A DNA stretch of 32,000 nt, taken from positions 390,001 to 422,000 of the forward strand of contig JAMWCX010000002.1 of assembly GCA_023818895.1 (NCBI GenBank). The letters run 5' to 3'. Shown piece by piece: positions 1 to 8,230 of the stretch; positions within the stretch are counted from its first letter, which is position 1, and every line of letters begins with the position of its first letter. The position numbers and the translations under genes are program-made. The notes under the pieces were generated by a model. It was not told the origin of the DNA, did no database searches, and saw only the letters and a program-made list of their open reading frames with translations. This stretch comes from Candidatus Omnitrophota bacterium (GTDB lineage Bacteria > Omnitrophota > Gorgyraeia > 2-01-FULL-45-10).

Positions 1-2525
1 ATATTAGAGGAGGTTTGATTAATACCTATAATCCCGCCGCCATAACCGACTCCATCAGCGCCATCATCAATAAGGCCGCTTCCGCCAACGCCTCTGTTAC
101 CAGTAACCGTTTGTGTCTGCGAAAATGATTCCGATAGTCTTCCTTTCTCACTTAATCCGATAAGACCACCTGCGTAGCCGTTACCGCCATTGCCGCCCGT
201 CCCGCCGACAGGAGGGCCAGGATAAAAGTAATAATAAAAAGCATCGCCGCCGTTACCACCGTAAGCAACTACGTTACCAACAGAAGAAAATGAATTTTCG
301 ATGGCATTTCCTGATTCGTCTCCGACATTCTCGCCAACTACACCTCCTGCATATGCGTTTCCACCTCTACCGCCCTGAACATATCCATAATGGCCATCAC
401 CGCCGTAAGCTTCGATAGTCCCGCCGCCAGCTGCATAAGAATTGTATATGCTGCCCTCATTCTTCCCGGCTATCCCTCCGGCGTAAGCGTATCCTCCGCT
501 ATAGCCCGTCTTGGTCGCATAACTATATCCACCGCTACCGCCTTGTGCGCTTACAAAGGTGTCACCTGCCGACGAGTATGAATTAACTATCGTCCCGTCA
601 TTTTTTCCGGCTATCCCTCCGGCGTAAGCAAAGCCGCCTGCAGCAGGATAACCGCCGGACGTATAAACACAACCGTTTCCGCCTACCCCGACAGTCTCAC
701 CATCCGCGGCAAAGCAGTTTTCGATCGTTCCAGCATTATATCCAGCCAATGAGCCTACAAATACACTGAAGCCACTTTGATTAGGACCACCGTCAGCGCC
801 AGTCCCGGATATATCCGGACGATTCATGCCGAGATTTCTCACCACGCCGCCATTACCGATATATCCGAAGAGCCCGAAATAGCCGGTCGTGCCAACATCC
901 GAATCCCTGTCCATAAACAGGTCGCTCACCGCATGGCCTTGGCCGTTAAGTGATCCTGTAAATTGGCTACCATTATCGCCTATCGGCACAAAGCCTGCGC
1001 CGGCATTCCAATTGGCTGTGCCTGAGGCATCGATATCGCCGTCGAGTATAAAGGTTGAAGTAAGATAATCCTTCATCGCCTGGAGACCGTAGACATCATA
1101 TACGACGTATGGATCATCGGTCGCGCCTTCACCGGTGAAGCGGTCGAGCTTTGCGTTCACCGTGATCCTGAAATCGGTGATATCCCATGTTGTCGTAGTA
1201 GGATCTGAGACATATTGCGGCGATGAAGGGCCGGTCGGCGTATTATCAAGGGTAAGAATGCCGATATTCGCGAAGTTCTCAAGAGTCGGAGATTCGCCGC
1301 CATCCAGCCTCTCTCCAGCGGCGGCAGTATTGCCAGACTTTATTGTAAGGTTATATCTGGTGAGCGCGCCTCCGTCTATTTTGGTTCCTGCCTGCATATA
1401 GAAGACGCCTGTCGAGGTCTCGTTATCGCCGGCTGTAAACGTAAGGTCATCGGCAATGAGCGTGATATCACCGTCGACAACAAGATTATATGTATCGGTC
1501 TGGTCTGAACCGATATTGCCTTGGATATACGCAGCGCCATCCTTATTATCGTAATAAGCCTTTCCTCCCATTATAGTGCCGGACGATCTGAAACTATATC
1601 CTATCTCCTTAAATAGCTCTGTATCGATCGTCCCCGTATTGACATTGACTCCGTCGGAGGTGAAGAATATCCTGCCGTCTACGTTCTCCATCCTCGTAGC
1701 CCTGGCAACGCCGTCCTGGTTGATGGCAAGCGAGAATATATCGGAAAGCGATGAGGCATGGAGCATGACCACTCCGCCGTTGGATTCGATGAGGCCGGTA
1801 TTCTTGATGGCGTCTGCCAGAGGATTACCATTATAATCGTAGACCTTCTGCGCCGCCTTCTCCTCGATGGCTACCGAGATGAGCCTGTTACCGGAAATAT
1901 TGAGCCTGATGGCATCGCCTGAAGCAAGAACTATCTTGCCGCACCTGACCGCTATCGCCCCATTATTTTCCACGGCACCGCTTATGAGGGCCGCAAAGCC
2001 TCCCGGCTGGACGGTGATGGTGCCTGCGTTCAGAAGGAGCCTGTCCAGCTCATCCTTGGTTATTTTGGTAAACAGATAATTGGAATTTAGGAAATCCCTT
2101 GTCGTGATATCGCGCGTCGAGAGAACGAGGCTGCCTACATTAATATTAGCGGTAGGCGCAACGTAGATGCCGCTTGTATTGATAAGTATGAAGAGACCGT
2201 TACAAGTGAGCGCGCCCCCCAGGTTCGATGCGCTTCCGCCGATATCCCTGTTAAGGATGGAGCTGGTAATATCAGGAAGAGTTATGATGACGGATTCGTT
2301 TGCCGCGATACTAAAGCTTGAATAATTGATCACCGCCTTATCTGAGGCGGTGACGGACATTACATTGTCTTTTATCTCAAAAGTCGCTGTGCCGCTTTCG
2401 ACTTGCGGGTCCTGAGGAAGAGGGATGGCAACTTGCGCGAACATAAATAAAAAAGCCACCCCGAGCGACAAAACCCTCTTGGCGGCCTTTTGCAGACGTC
2501 CATAAGCACAACTTGTTAGCCCCAT
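1..2525 (-). CDS. Two-partner-secretion (haemagglutination-activity/TPS) domain exoprotein with GLUG-motif repeats. Only the N-terminal 841 codons are present; the C-terminus lies beyond the window start.
   Basis: Absent from the ORF track because it has no stop in the window. I translated the minus strand from ATG 2525-2523 and checked every codon down to nt 3 without finding a stop. The N-terminus MGLTSCAYGRLQKAAKRVLSLGVAFLFMFAQVA looks like a signal peptide. It is followed by SSILNRDIGGSASNLGGALTCNGLFILINTSGIYVAPTANINVGSLVLST, the TPS-domain hallmark. Later come DIDASGTANWNAGAGFVPIG..FTGSLNGQGHAVSDL and repeated AGG[ILV].G.N.G.I.NS[YF] units. Confidence 0.8.
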   Translation of the reverse strand, partial: MGLTSCAYGRLQKAAKRVLSLGVAFLFMFAQVAIPLPQDPQVESGTATFEIKDNVMSVTASDKAVINYSSFSIAANESVIITLPDITSSILNRDIGGSASNLGGALTCNGLFILINTSGIYVAPTANINVGSLVLSTRDITTRDFLNSNYLFTKITKDELDRLLLNAGTITVQPGGFAALISGAVENNGAIAVRCGKIVLASGDAIRLNISGNRLISVAIEEKAAQKVYDYNGNPLADAIKNTGLIESNGGVVMLHASSLSDIFSLAINQDGVARATRMENVDGRIFFTSDGVNVNTGTIDTELFKEIGYSFRSSGTIMGGKAYYDNKDGAAYIQGNIGSDQTDTYNLVVDGDITLIADDLTFTAGDNETSTGVFYMQAGTKIDGGALTRYNLTIKSGNTAAAGERLDGGESPTLENFANIGILTLDNTPTGPSSPQYVSDPTTTTWDITDFRITVNAKLDRFTGEGATDDPYVVYDVYGLQAMKDYLTSTFILDGDIDASGTANWNAGAGFVPIGDNGSQFTGSLNGQGHAVSDLFMDRDSDVGTTGYFGLFGYIGNGGVVRNLGMNRPDISGTGADGGPNQSGFSVFVGSLAGYNAGTIENCFAADGETVGVGGNGCVYTSGGYPAAGGFAYAGGIAGKNDGTIVNSYSSAGDTFVSAQGGSGGYSYATKTGYSGGYAYAGGIAGKNEGSIYNSYAAGGGTIEAYGGDGHYGYVQGGRGGNAYAGGVVGENVGDESGNAIENSFSSVGNVVAYGGNGGDAFYYYFYPGPPVGGTGGNGGNGYAGGLIGLSEKGRLSESFSQTQTVTGNRGVGGSGLIDDGADGVGYGGGIIGINQTSSN
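100..900 (-). repeat. Intragenic coding repeats (GLUG-like units) in the exoprotein
   Basis: Units read AGGLIGLSEKGRLSESFS, AGGVVGENVGDESGNAIENSFS, AGGIAGKNEGSIYNSYA, AGGIAGKNDGTIVNSYS, VGSLAGYNAGTIENCFA. Two units share an identical 23-nt DNA string, ccggctatccctccggcgtaagc, at 466-488 and 607-629. Confidence 0.6.
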
Positions 2526-2682
2526 ATTTTATTCTCTACTATAAGTATACCATATATTATATTGGAATAAAAGTATCAATTTATTATTTTAGAAAAGGAA
2601 GATTGTCTAAAACGCGGATGAGATCTCCCTGCGATTAGGACGTCCTTTTCTCTCCTATATATTATTGTATGACGAGGTAGTG

Positions 2683-3561
2683 CTACTTCGTCGTTGGCTC
2701 CTTTTTCTTCAGGGGCACCACCCCAGCCATTTCTCCTATAACATTCACAAGATCACAGTCTGAAGGGACAACTATCTTTGCATTATTCTGAAGGGCAGTC
2801 TCCAGCGCCTGAAGCTTTCTAAGAATCTGGGCGTTGCCAACAAAGTATTTCTCCGCAGCCTCATTCACCAGTCTTATGGCCTCGGCCTCTCCTTGCGCTT
2901 CTAATATCTTTGCCTGTTTTACTCCGTCCGCCTTCTTAATTTCCGCGCGGCGCGCGCCGTCAGCGGCGGTCTCGGTGGCAGTCGCAAAATCTATCGCTGC
3001 CATCTTCTCGTTCTCGGCCTTGACGACCTTGTTCATAGTCTCCTGAACATCCTGAGGCGGCTGTATCTCTTTGAGCTCTGTTCTCACGATGTCTATGCCC
3101 CAGTTCTCGGTCTCCTCGCAGAGCGTCTTGTGAAGTTCTGAATTTATCCTGCCGCGCTCGCTGTTTGCGGATTTAAGCGTGAGTGTGCCGATTATGTTCC
3201 TGAGCGTCGTGCGGGCAAGATTTACTATCTGCCACTGGTAATTATTAACATTATACTGGGAGTTCTTGACACTGGGCTCATCCGGCTTAACGCGAAAATA
3301 TACTTGGGCGTCAACTCTGGCGTTCAGATTGTCATTAGTAATTATCTCCTGGGGCTCGGCGTCTACCATCTGCTCCGTTACATTAACCTGGTACATCCTA
3401 TCAATGACGGGTATTATCCAGTGGAAACCAGGTTCGGCGAACTTCCTGTACTTTCCCAGTCTCTCAATAAGGCCACGATGCGTGGGACGAACGATCCTGA
3501 TGCCGGCAAAGAAAAGCGCTACAGCCGCGAAAAAGAGCAGCGTAAGAATTGACGCGTGCAT
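2683..3561 (-). CDS. SPFH/band-7 (stomatin/prohibitin-like) membrane protein
   Basis: N-terminal TM segment ILTLLFFAAVALFFAGIRIV, then RGLIERLGKYRKFAEPGFHWIIPVIDRMYQVNVTEQ...NIIGTLTLKSANSERGRIN..WGIDIVRTELKEIQPP and an Ala/Glu-rich coiled tail. I prefer ATG 3561 (AAGGGGG 6 nt upstream) to the track's TTG at 3588. Confidence 0.9.
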   Translation of the reverse strand: MHASILTLLFFAAVALFFAGIRIVRPTHRGLIERLGKYRKFAEPGFHWIIPVIDRMYQVNVTEQMVDAEPQEIITNDNLNARVDAQVYFRVKPDEPSVKNSQYNVNNYQWQIVNLARTTLRNIIGTLTLKSANSERGRINSELHKTLCEETENWGIDIVRTELKEIQPPQDVQETMNKVVKAENEKMAAIDFATATETAADGARRAEIKKADGVKQAKILEAQGEAEAIRLVNEAAEKYFVGNAQILRKLQALETALQNNAKIVVPSDCDLVNVIGEMAGVVPLKKKEPTTK

Positions 3562-3597
3562 ATGAACCCCCTTTCTTATTATTACCAATTCATTTAT

Positions 3598-3870
3598 TTA
3601 TTTGGTAGTCTTGTTTATGATTGTTTTTACCGCCTGGGAGGTTGTGCTACCGGTATTCACAATCGCTTGCGCCGGAGGGCTGACAAATCCGCCTTCAGCG
3701 GAGGTGATCGCGGTGCCTTTAGGCTTCAGGGTCTTTTCATATTGCTCCTTCGCGGCGGACCTGGCGGCCTTCTGCTGGAACTGCGCGGCGTTATCAATGG
3801 GTCCCGCGATGGCGGCGGAGCAGCACAATAGCGCTGATGCTATCATAAACAAGCCCGATGCTTTGTTCAT
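3598..3870 (-). CDS. Small secreted hypothetical protein (90 aa)
   Basis: Signal peptide MNKASGLFMIASALLCCSAAIAGP. GAAGG lies 5 nt upstream of the ATG. The gene sits 37 nt upstream of the SPFH gene on the same strand. I recognise no family. Confidence 0.5.
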   Translation of the reverse strand: MNKASGLFMIASALLCCSAAIAGPIDNAAQFQQKAARSAAKEQYEKTLKPKGTAITSAEGGFVSPPAQAIVNTGSTTSQAVKTIINKTTK

Positions 3871-3934
3871 GCCAACCTTCTTTTATGTGTGCCCATTATT
3901 ATAGGTCCGCCGATGTGCAATTGCAACGATTTTA

Positions 3935-3964
3935 TGGACATCCGCACCTTCTTCGCATTATAAT
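3935..3964 (+). promoter_or_regulatory. Sigma-70-like promoter placed for a leaderless or near-leaderless sulfatase-fold/TPR mRNA
   Basis: TGGACA (3935-3940), an 18-nt spacer, TATAAT (3959-3964), then only 6 nt (aacgtt) before ATG 3971. There is no SD-like sequence in between. Confidence 0.35.
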
Positions 3965-3970
3965 AACGTT

Positions 3971-6217
3971 ATGAAACCCATTAACAAACCGATTGTAATT
4001 CTTGCCGGCGCCGCAGTCGCGGCAGTTTGCTTGGCGGCGTTATTTTTTGTATTCGGCAATGGCGGCGCGCGCAAGGAGCGGCCCAACGTCCTGTTCATCA
4101 TAGTCGACACGCTGAGAGCCGACCATCTTGGATGCTACGGCTACAAGAAGATAAAGACGCCCAACATAGACGGGCTGGCCAGCCGTGGCACTCGCTTTAA
4201 AAACGTAATATCGCAGGTTCCGCTCACCTTCCCTTCTCATGTCGGCATATTCACCTCCACCTATCCGAACTACAACAAGATGCGGGATAACGGCTCCTTC
4301 AGGCTGGAAGACGATGCCGTGACGCTTGCCCAGGTTTTCAAGCAGCATGGCTATGCCACAGCCGCGTTCGTAAGCACGATAGTCCTTGATAAAAAGTACG
4401 GCCTAAACAGGGGATTCGATACATACGACGACAAGATGGAGAAGCTGAAAGACAAGCAGATCCTGAAGTTCATGGATGAGGAACGCCCAGCCGACAAGGT
4501 CACCGAGGCTGCGCAAAAATGGCTTGCCGCGAATAAAGACAAGAGCTTCTTCCTGTGGGTCCACTACTACGATCCGCACACCATCTACAACCCGCCCGCC
4601 CCCTACAATGAGATATACAAAGACAACCTTTATGACGGCGAGATCGCCTTCACTGATGAACATATAGGAAAGCTCCTGGCCACCCTTAAAGAGCTTGGGC
4701 TCGATAAAAACACCCTCATAGTCTTCACCTCTGACCACGGCGAAAGCCTCGGCGAGCACAGCGAGATAGGACATGCCATATTCCTGTACGACTCGACGCT
4801 TAAGGTGCCGCTCATATTCTCGTATCCCAAACTGATACCCGAAGGAAAGGTAATAGAGACACAGGTGCGTCTGGTAGATCTGGCGCCAACGATTATGGAC
4901 CTTCTCGGGCTTAAGAAGAAAGGCGTCATCCAGGGCAGGAGCCTGGCCGGCATAATCAAAGGGTCCGGGAAAGCGCCGGACCTTCCCGCCTACAGCGAGT
5001 CCCTCTACGCGAAGTACCACTACAACTGGGACGAATTGCACAGCTGGCGCGACGGGAAATGGAAATACATAAGGTCATCGGAACCGGAATTGTACGACAT
5101 CGTAAATGACCCGCATGAGCTAAAGAACCTGGCAGGAGAGCGTCTCGATGTCGCCAAGAAGATGGCCGCGGAACTTGAGAATTTTCTTAAGAAGACCTCC
5201 TCCGCTAAAAAAGAGAAGAAGATCGAGGTGGACAGACAGACCCGGGAAAAACTGGCAAGCCTCGGCTATATACAGGGAACCGTCGTCACAGCAACAGAAG
5301 GCGCTAACCCTCGCAAGATGATCCAGACGATGGAGAGGATGAACCTCCTCGCAAGGCTCGCCAACAGCGGCAAGATCGACGAGGCCATAGCCGGATTTAA
5401 AGAGGTGCTGAAGGCCGATCCGAATAATATAGAGGCAAACCGCCACATAGCCCAGCTTTACAAGGAGATCGGCAATTACGACGACGCGATAAGGCATTTC
5501 AGGAAGGCGGCATCCTTCAAGCCGGATGATCCGGAAACGCATAACGGCCTTGGTAACGTCTACAAGAACATGGGAAGGGTAAAAGAAGCTTTCGACGAGT
5601 TTTCGATAGCGGCCGTGCTCGACCCGGAGGACGGAGCTGTGGTCAATAATATCGGCTGGTGTTACCAGCAAAAGGGTGATTTCAACAAGGCGCTGGAGTA
5701 TTACGAAAAGGCCGTCAAGCTCGATCCTAATATCGCCATGGCGCACGCCAACATGGCGGTCATCTACAGGGTGAGAAAAGACCTTGACAGGGCCGCTGAA
5801 AAAGCGAGAAAAGCAATAGATCTCGATCCGACAGTGGCGCTTGCCTACAGCGAACTCGGCGCGATTGCTGCCACAAAAGGAGATCTCGATAAAGCGGTCA
5901 AATTCTGTGAGAAGGCCGTGGAGCTCGACCCGAACTGGCCCGACGGACATTATAACCTCGGCGTCACCTACGAGTGGAAAGGCGACTATGCGAAGGCTCT
6001 CGAGAATTATTTAAACGCCCTCAAGCTCGCATCGTGGAACCCGAATTTTCATTTCAGCGCGGCGACGACGTATTATAAGCTCGGCCAGCTCGATAAAGCG
6101 GCAGAAGAGGCTCAAAAAGCTCTTAAAATAGCGCCCAATTTCAAAAGGGCCAACACGCTTCTGGACATGATAGATAAAGAAAAAAATAATGAACCATCTA
6201 AGCGAGCTGGAAAATAG
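3971..6217 (+). CDS. Membrane-anchored sulfatase-fold (alkaline-phosphatase superfamily) hydrolase/transferase fused to C-terminal TPR repeats
   Basis: N-terminal TM segment IVILAGAAVAAVCLAALFFVF. Metal-site motif NVLFIIVDTLRADHLGCYGY. The nucleophile region reads PLTFPSHVGIFTSTYP, with Thr where sulfatases have C/S-x-P-x-R. Also TSDHGESLGEH. From about aa 455 there are 7-8 TPR units (A..Y...G.Y..A...F..A....P). Confidence 0.85.
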   Translation: MKPINKPIVILAGAAVAAVCLAALFFVFGNGGARKERPNVLFIIVDTLRADHLGCYGYKKIKTPNIDGLASRGTRFKNVISQVPLTFPSHVGIFTSTYPNYNKMRDNGSFRLEDDAVTLAQVFKQHGYATAAFVSTIVLDKKYGLNRGFDTYDDKMEKLKDKQILKFMDEERPADKVTEAAQKWLAANKDKSFFLWVHYYDPHTIYNPPAPYNEIYKDNLYDGEIAFTDEHIGKLLATLKELGLDKNTLIVFTSDHGESLGEHSEIGHAIFLYDSTLKVPLIFSYPKLIPEGKVIETQVRLVDLAPTIMDLLGLKKKGVIQGRSLAGIIKGSGKAPDLPAYSESLYAKYHYNWDELHSWRDGKWKYIRSSEPELYDIVNDPHELKNLAGERLDVAKKMAAELENFLKKTSSAKKEKKIEVDRQTREKLASLGYIQGTVVTATEGANPRKMIQTMERMNLLARLANSGKIDEAIAGFKEVLKADPNNIEANRHIAQLYKEIGNYDDAIRHFRKAASFKPDDPETHNGLGNVYKNMGRVKEAFDEFSIAAVLDPEDGAVVNNIGWCYQQKGDFNKALEYYEKAVKLDPNIAMAHANMAVIYRVRKDLDRAAEKARKAIDLDPTVALAYSELGAIAATKGDLDKAVKFCEKAVELDPNWPDGHYNLGVTYEWKGDYAKALENYLNALKLASWNPNFHFSAATTYYKLGQLDKAAEEAQKALKIAPNFKRANTLLDMIDKEKNNEPSKRAGK

Positions 6218-6992
6218 GACCATATATATCCTGCGCGAGGCATACCACAGGTTTAAGAACATAGCCCTCCTCTGGTCGATAGGCAAGGACTCCACTACCC
6301 TTCTCTGGATCGCGCGCAAGGCCTTCTTCGGCAGACTCCCATTTCCGGTCATGCACATAGACACAAGTTACAAGTTCAAAGAGATATATGCCTTCCGCGA
6401 CAGATACGCCGTCGAGTGGGGCCTCGATCTTGTCATAGCGAGAAATGACAAAGCGATAGCCGAAGGCATGGGCCCGAAAAAAGAAAAACTCGAGTGCTGC
6501 AACGCCCTGAAGACCGAAGCCCTCAAGATGAAGATAAACGAGCTCGGCCTGAAAGCCCTCCTCCTTGCGATACGGCGGGACGAACACGGCATAAGGGCAA
6601 AGGAGAGATATTTCTCGCCGAGGGCATCGGATTTCACCTGGAATTACCGGCACCAGCCTGCGGAATTATGGGACCTTTATAAATCAAGACTTGGCGCCGA
6701 GGAAGAGCACTTCAGGGTCCATCCTATGTTGCACTGGACTGAGCTTGATATCTGGCGATATATCGAAAAAGAAAAGGTGCCGGTGGTGAGTCTGTATTTC
6801 GCCCGGGGCGGCAAAAGATACAGAAGCATCGGTTGTGAGACCTGCTGCATGCCAGTCGCCTCTGGCGCCAATACTATTCAGAAGATAATAAAGGAACTTG
6901 AAACAACGAAGGTCGCCGAGCGCTCAGGGCGGGCCCAGGACAAAGAGAGCGCCTACACCATGCAGAAACTGCGCAGTCTGGGGTATATGTGA
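6189..6992 (+). CDS. cysD: Sulfate adenylyltransferase subunit 2
   Basis: MNHLSELENRTIYILREAYHRF...LLWSIGKDSTTLLWIARKAF (PP-loop SxGKDS) ... ends RSLGYM. The start overlaps the upstream gene by 29 nt. The stop is TGA at 6990-6992. Confidence 0.93.
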   Translation: MNHLSELENRTIYILREAYHRFKNIALLWSIGKDSTTLLWIARKAFFGRLPFPVMHIDTSYKFKEIYAFRDRYAVEWGLDLVIARNDKAIAEGMGPKKEKLECCNALKTEALKMKINELGLKALLLAIRRDEHGIRAKERYFSPRASDFTWNYRHQPAELWDLYKSRLGAEEEHFRVHPMLHWTELDIWRYIEKEKVPVVSLYFARGGKRYRSIGCETCCMPVASGANTIQKIIKELETTKVAERSGRAQDKESAYTMQKLRSLGYM

Positions 6993-8230
6993 TGAACATA
7001 ACGATAGCCGGCCATGTGGACCACGGAAAGTCGACCCTCATAGGAAGGATCCTGCTCGACACCCGCTCGCTTTCCAAAGGAAAGATGGAAGAACTCTCCC
7101 GTGTATCAAGGGAGCTCGGCAAAGAAGCAGAGCTCGCCTATCTTGCCGACCAATTAAAAGAGGAGCGCGAACAGGAGCGCACCATAGACACCACCCAAAG
7201 CTTCTTCAAGACTCGCAAGAGGCGCTACTGCATAATAGACGTTCCCGGCCATGTGGAATTCCTGAAGAACATGATAACGGGCGCCACGCAAGCCGACTCA
7301 GCCATGCTCCTCATAGACGCGAAAGCGGGGATCGAGGAGCAGACGCGCCGTCATGCCTATATCGTCGGGATGATAGGCATTCCTCTCCACATAGCGGTCA
7401 TAAATAAAATGGACCTTGTCTCCTACAGCGAGGAGAGGTTCGGGGAACTTTCGTCCGGCCTTTTGGATTTCACGCGCAGGATAAGCGCTAAAGAGCCTCT
7501 CGTGATACCTATATCCGCAAGGCACGGTGATAATATAACGAGCCGGAGCCTGAAGATGCGCTGGTATAAGGGGCCGTGCCTCACTGAGGCCCTTGACAGG
7601 TTGGAAGTCGCAAAAGGCTCCTCGGAGAAACCTTTGAGGTTCGCTGTTCAGGACAGTTATATCATTGACGGTGAAAGAATAATCGTAGGCAAAGTGCTTT
7701 CCGGCAAAATAGCGGCGAGGCAACATATAAAACTTCTTCCTTCGTCAAAAGATGCGCGTGTGGAAGCTATCAAAATATTCGGTGGTCAGTTGAGGCAAGC
7801 CATGGCAGGGGAAAACGTCGGCTTAAAGCTAAACGACCCTTCTTTAGCAAAACGCGGCGAGATCATCTGCGATTCCACCTGCGCGGCCGAATCATGCGAT
7901 GGTTTCAGAGCCAATATCTTCTGGATGTCCGACAGGCCTTTAAGGAAAAACGACGGGCTTCTTCTGCGATGCTCAACCCAGAAAACTGAGTGCCGCGCCG
8001 AAATAATAGAAAGGCGGATAAACTCTTCTACTTTCGAGGTGCTTGAGGAAGACGCTCAAGCCCTCAACGCGAACGAAGCCGGCACAGTCATATTTTCCAC
8101 TGAAAGGCCCGTTATCGTGGAAAGGCCTGACCAGACAGAAGAGCTCGGGAGGTTCGTCCTCGATTCGGGCGGCGAGACTGTCGGGGCGGGCATCATAGTA
8201 TCGGCGAGCCGTCAAGGCCGAGGCCTTTAA
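6992..8230 (+). CDS. cysN: Sulfate adenylyltransferase subunit 1 (GTPase), with no fused APS-kinase domain
   Basis: G1 motif GHVDHGKSTL, G3 DVPGH, G4 NKMD. ATG 6992 shares one nt with the cysD TGA (the track lists GTG 6989). 413 aa. Confidence 0.92.
   Translation: MNITIAGHVDHGKSTLIGRILLDTRSLSKGKMEELSRVSRELGKEAELAYLADQLKEEREQERTIDTTQSFFKTRKRRYCIIDVPGHVEFLKNMITGATQADSAMLLIDAKAGIEEQTRRHAYIVGMIGIPLHIAVINKMDLVSYSEERFGELSSGLLDFTRRISAKEPLVIPISARHGDNITSRSLKMRWYKGPCLTEALDRLEVAKGSSEKPLRFAVQDSYIIDGERIIVGKVLSGKIAARQHIKLLPSSKDARVEAIKIFGGQLRQAMAGENVGLKLNDPSLAKRGEIICDSTCAAESCDGFRANIFWMSDRPLRKNDGLLLRCSTQKTECRAEIIERRINSSTFEVLEEDAQALNANEAGTVIFSTERPVIVERPDQTEELGRFVLDSGGETVGAGIIVSASRQGRGL

Noticed and set aside
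100-900. Periodic DNA repeats that could look like a CRISPR or tandem-repeat array (also at 10326-10890)
   Set aside because: Both sets lie inside open reading frames and translate into protein repeats (GLUG-like and MORN). They have no unique spacers and no constant-length direct repeats.
3916-3925. Perfect 10-bp palindrome TGCAATTGCA in the divergent intergenic region
   Set aside because: It is a single short palindrome with no second copy in the window. It could be an operator, but the evidence is too thin to call.
4403-5950. Long minus-strand ORFs (212 aa at 4403-5041, 276 aa at 5120-5950) antisense to the sulfatase-fold/TPR gene
   Set aside because: They are shadow ORFs. They lie entirely within a gene that has clear family motifs on the other strand, their sequences are low in information and rich in Arg/Val/Leu, and they have no RBS.
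6898-7407. 169-aa plus-strand ORF rich in Arg/Pro/His, spanning the cysD/cysN junction
   Set aside because: It is an alternative frame of two genes with unmistakable CysD and CysN motifs, and its composition is typical of off-frame translation.
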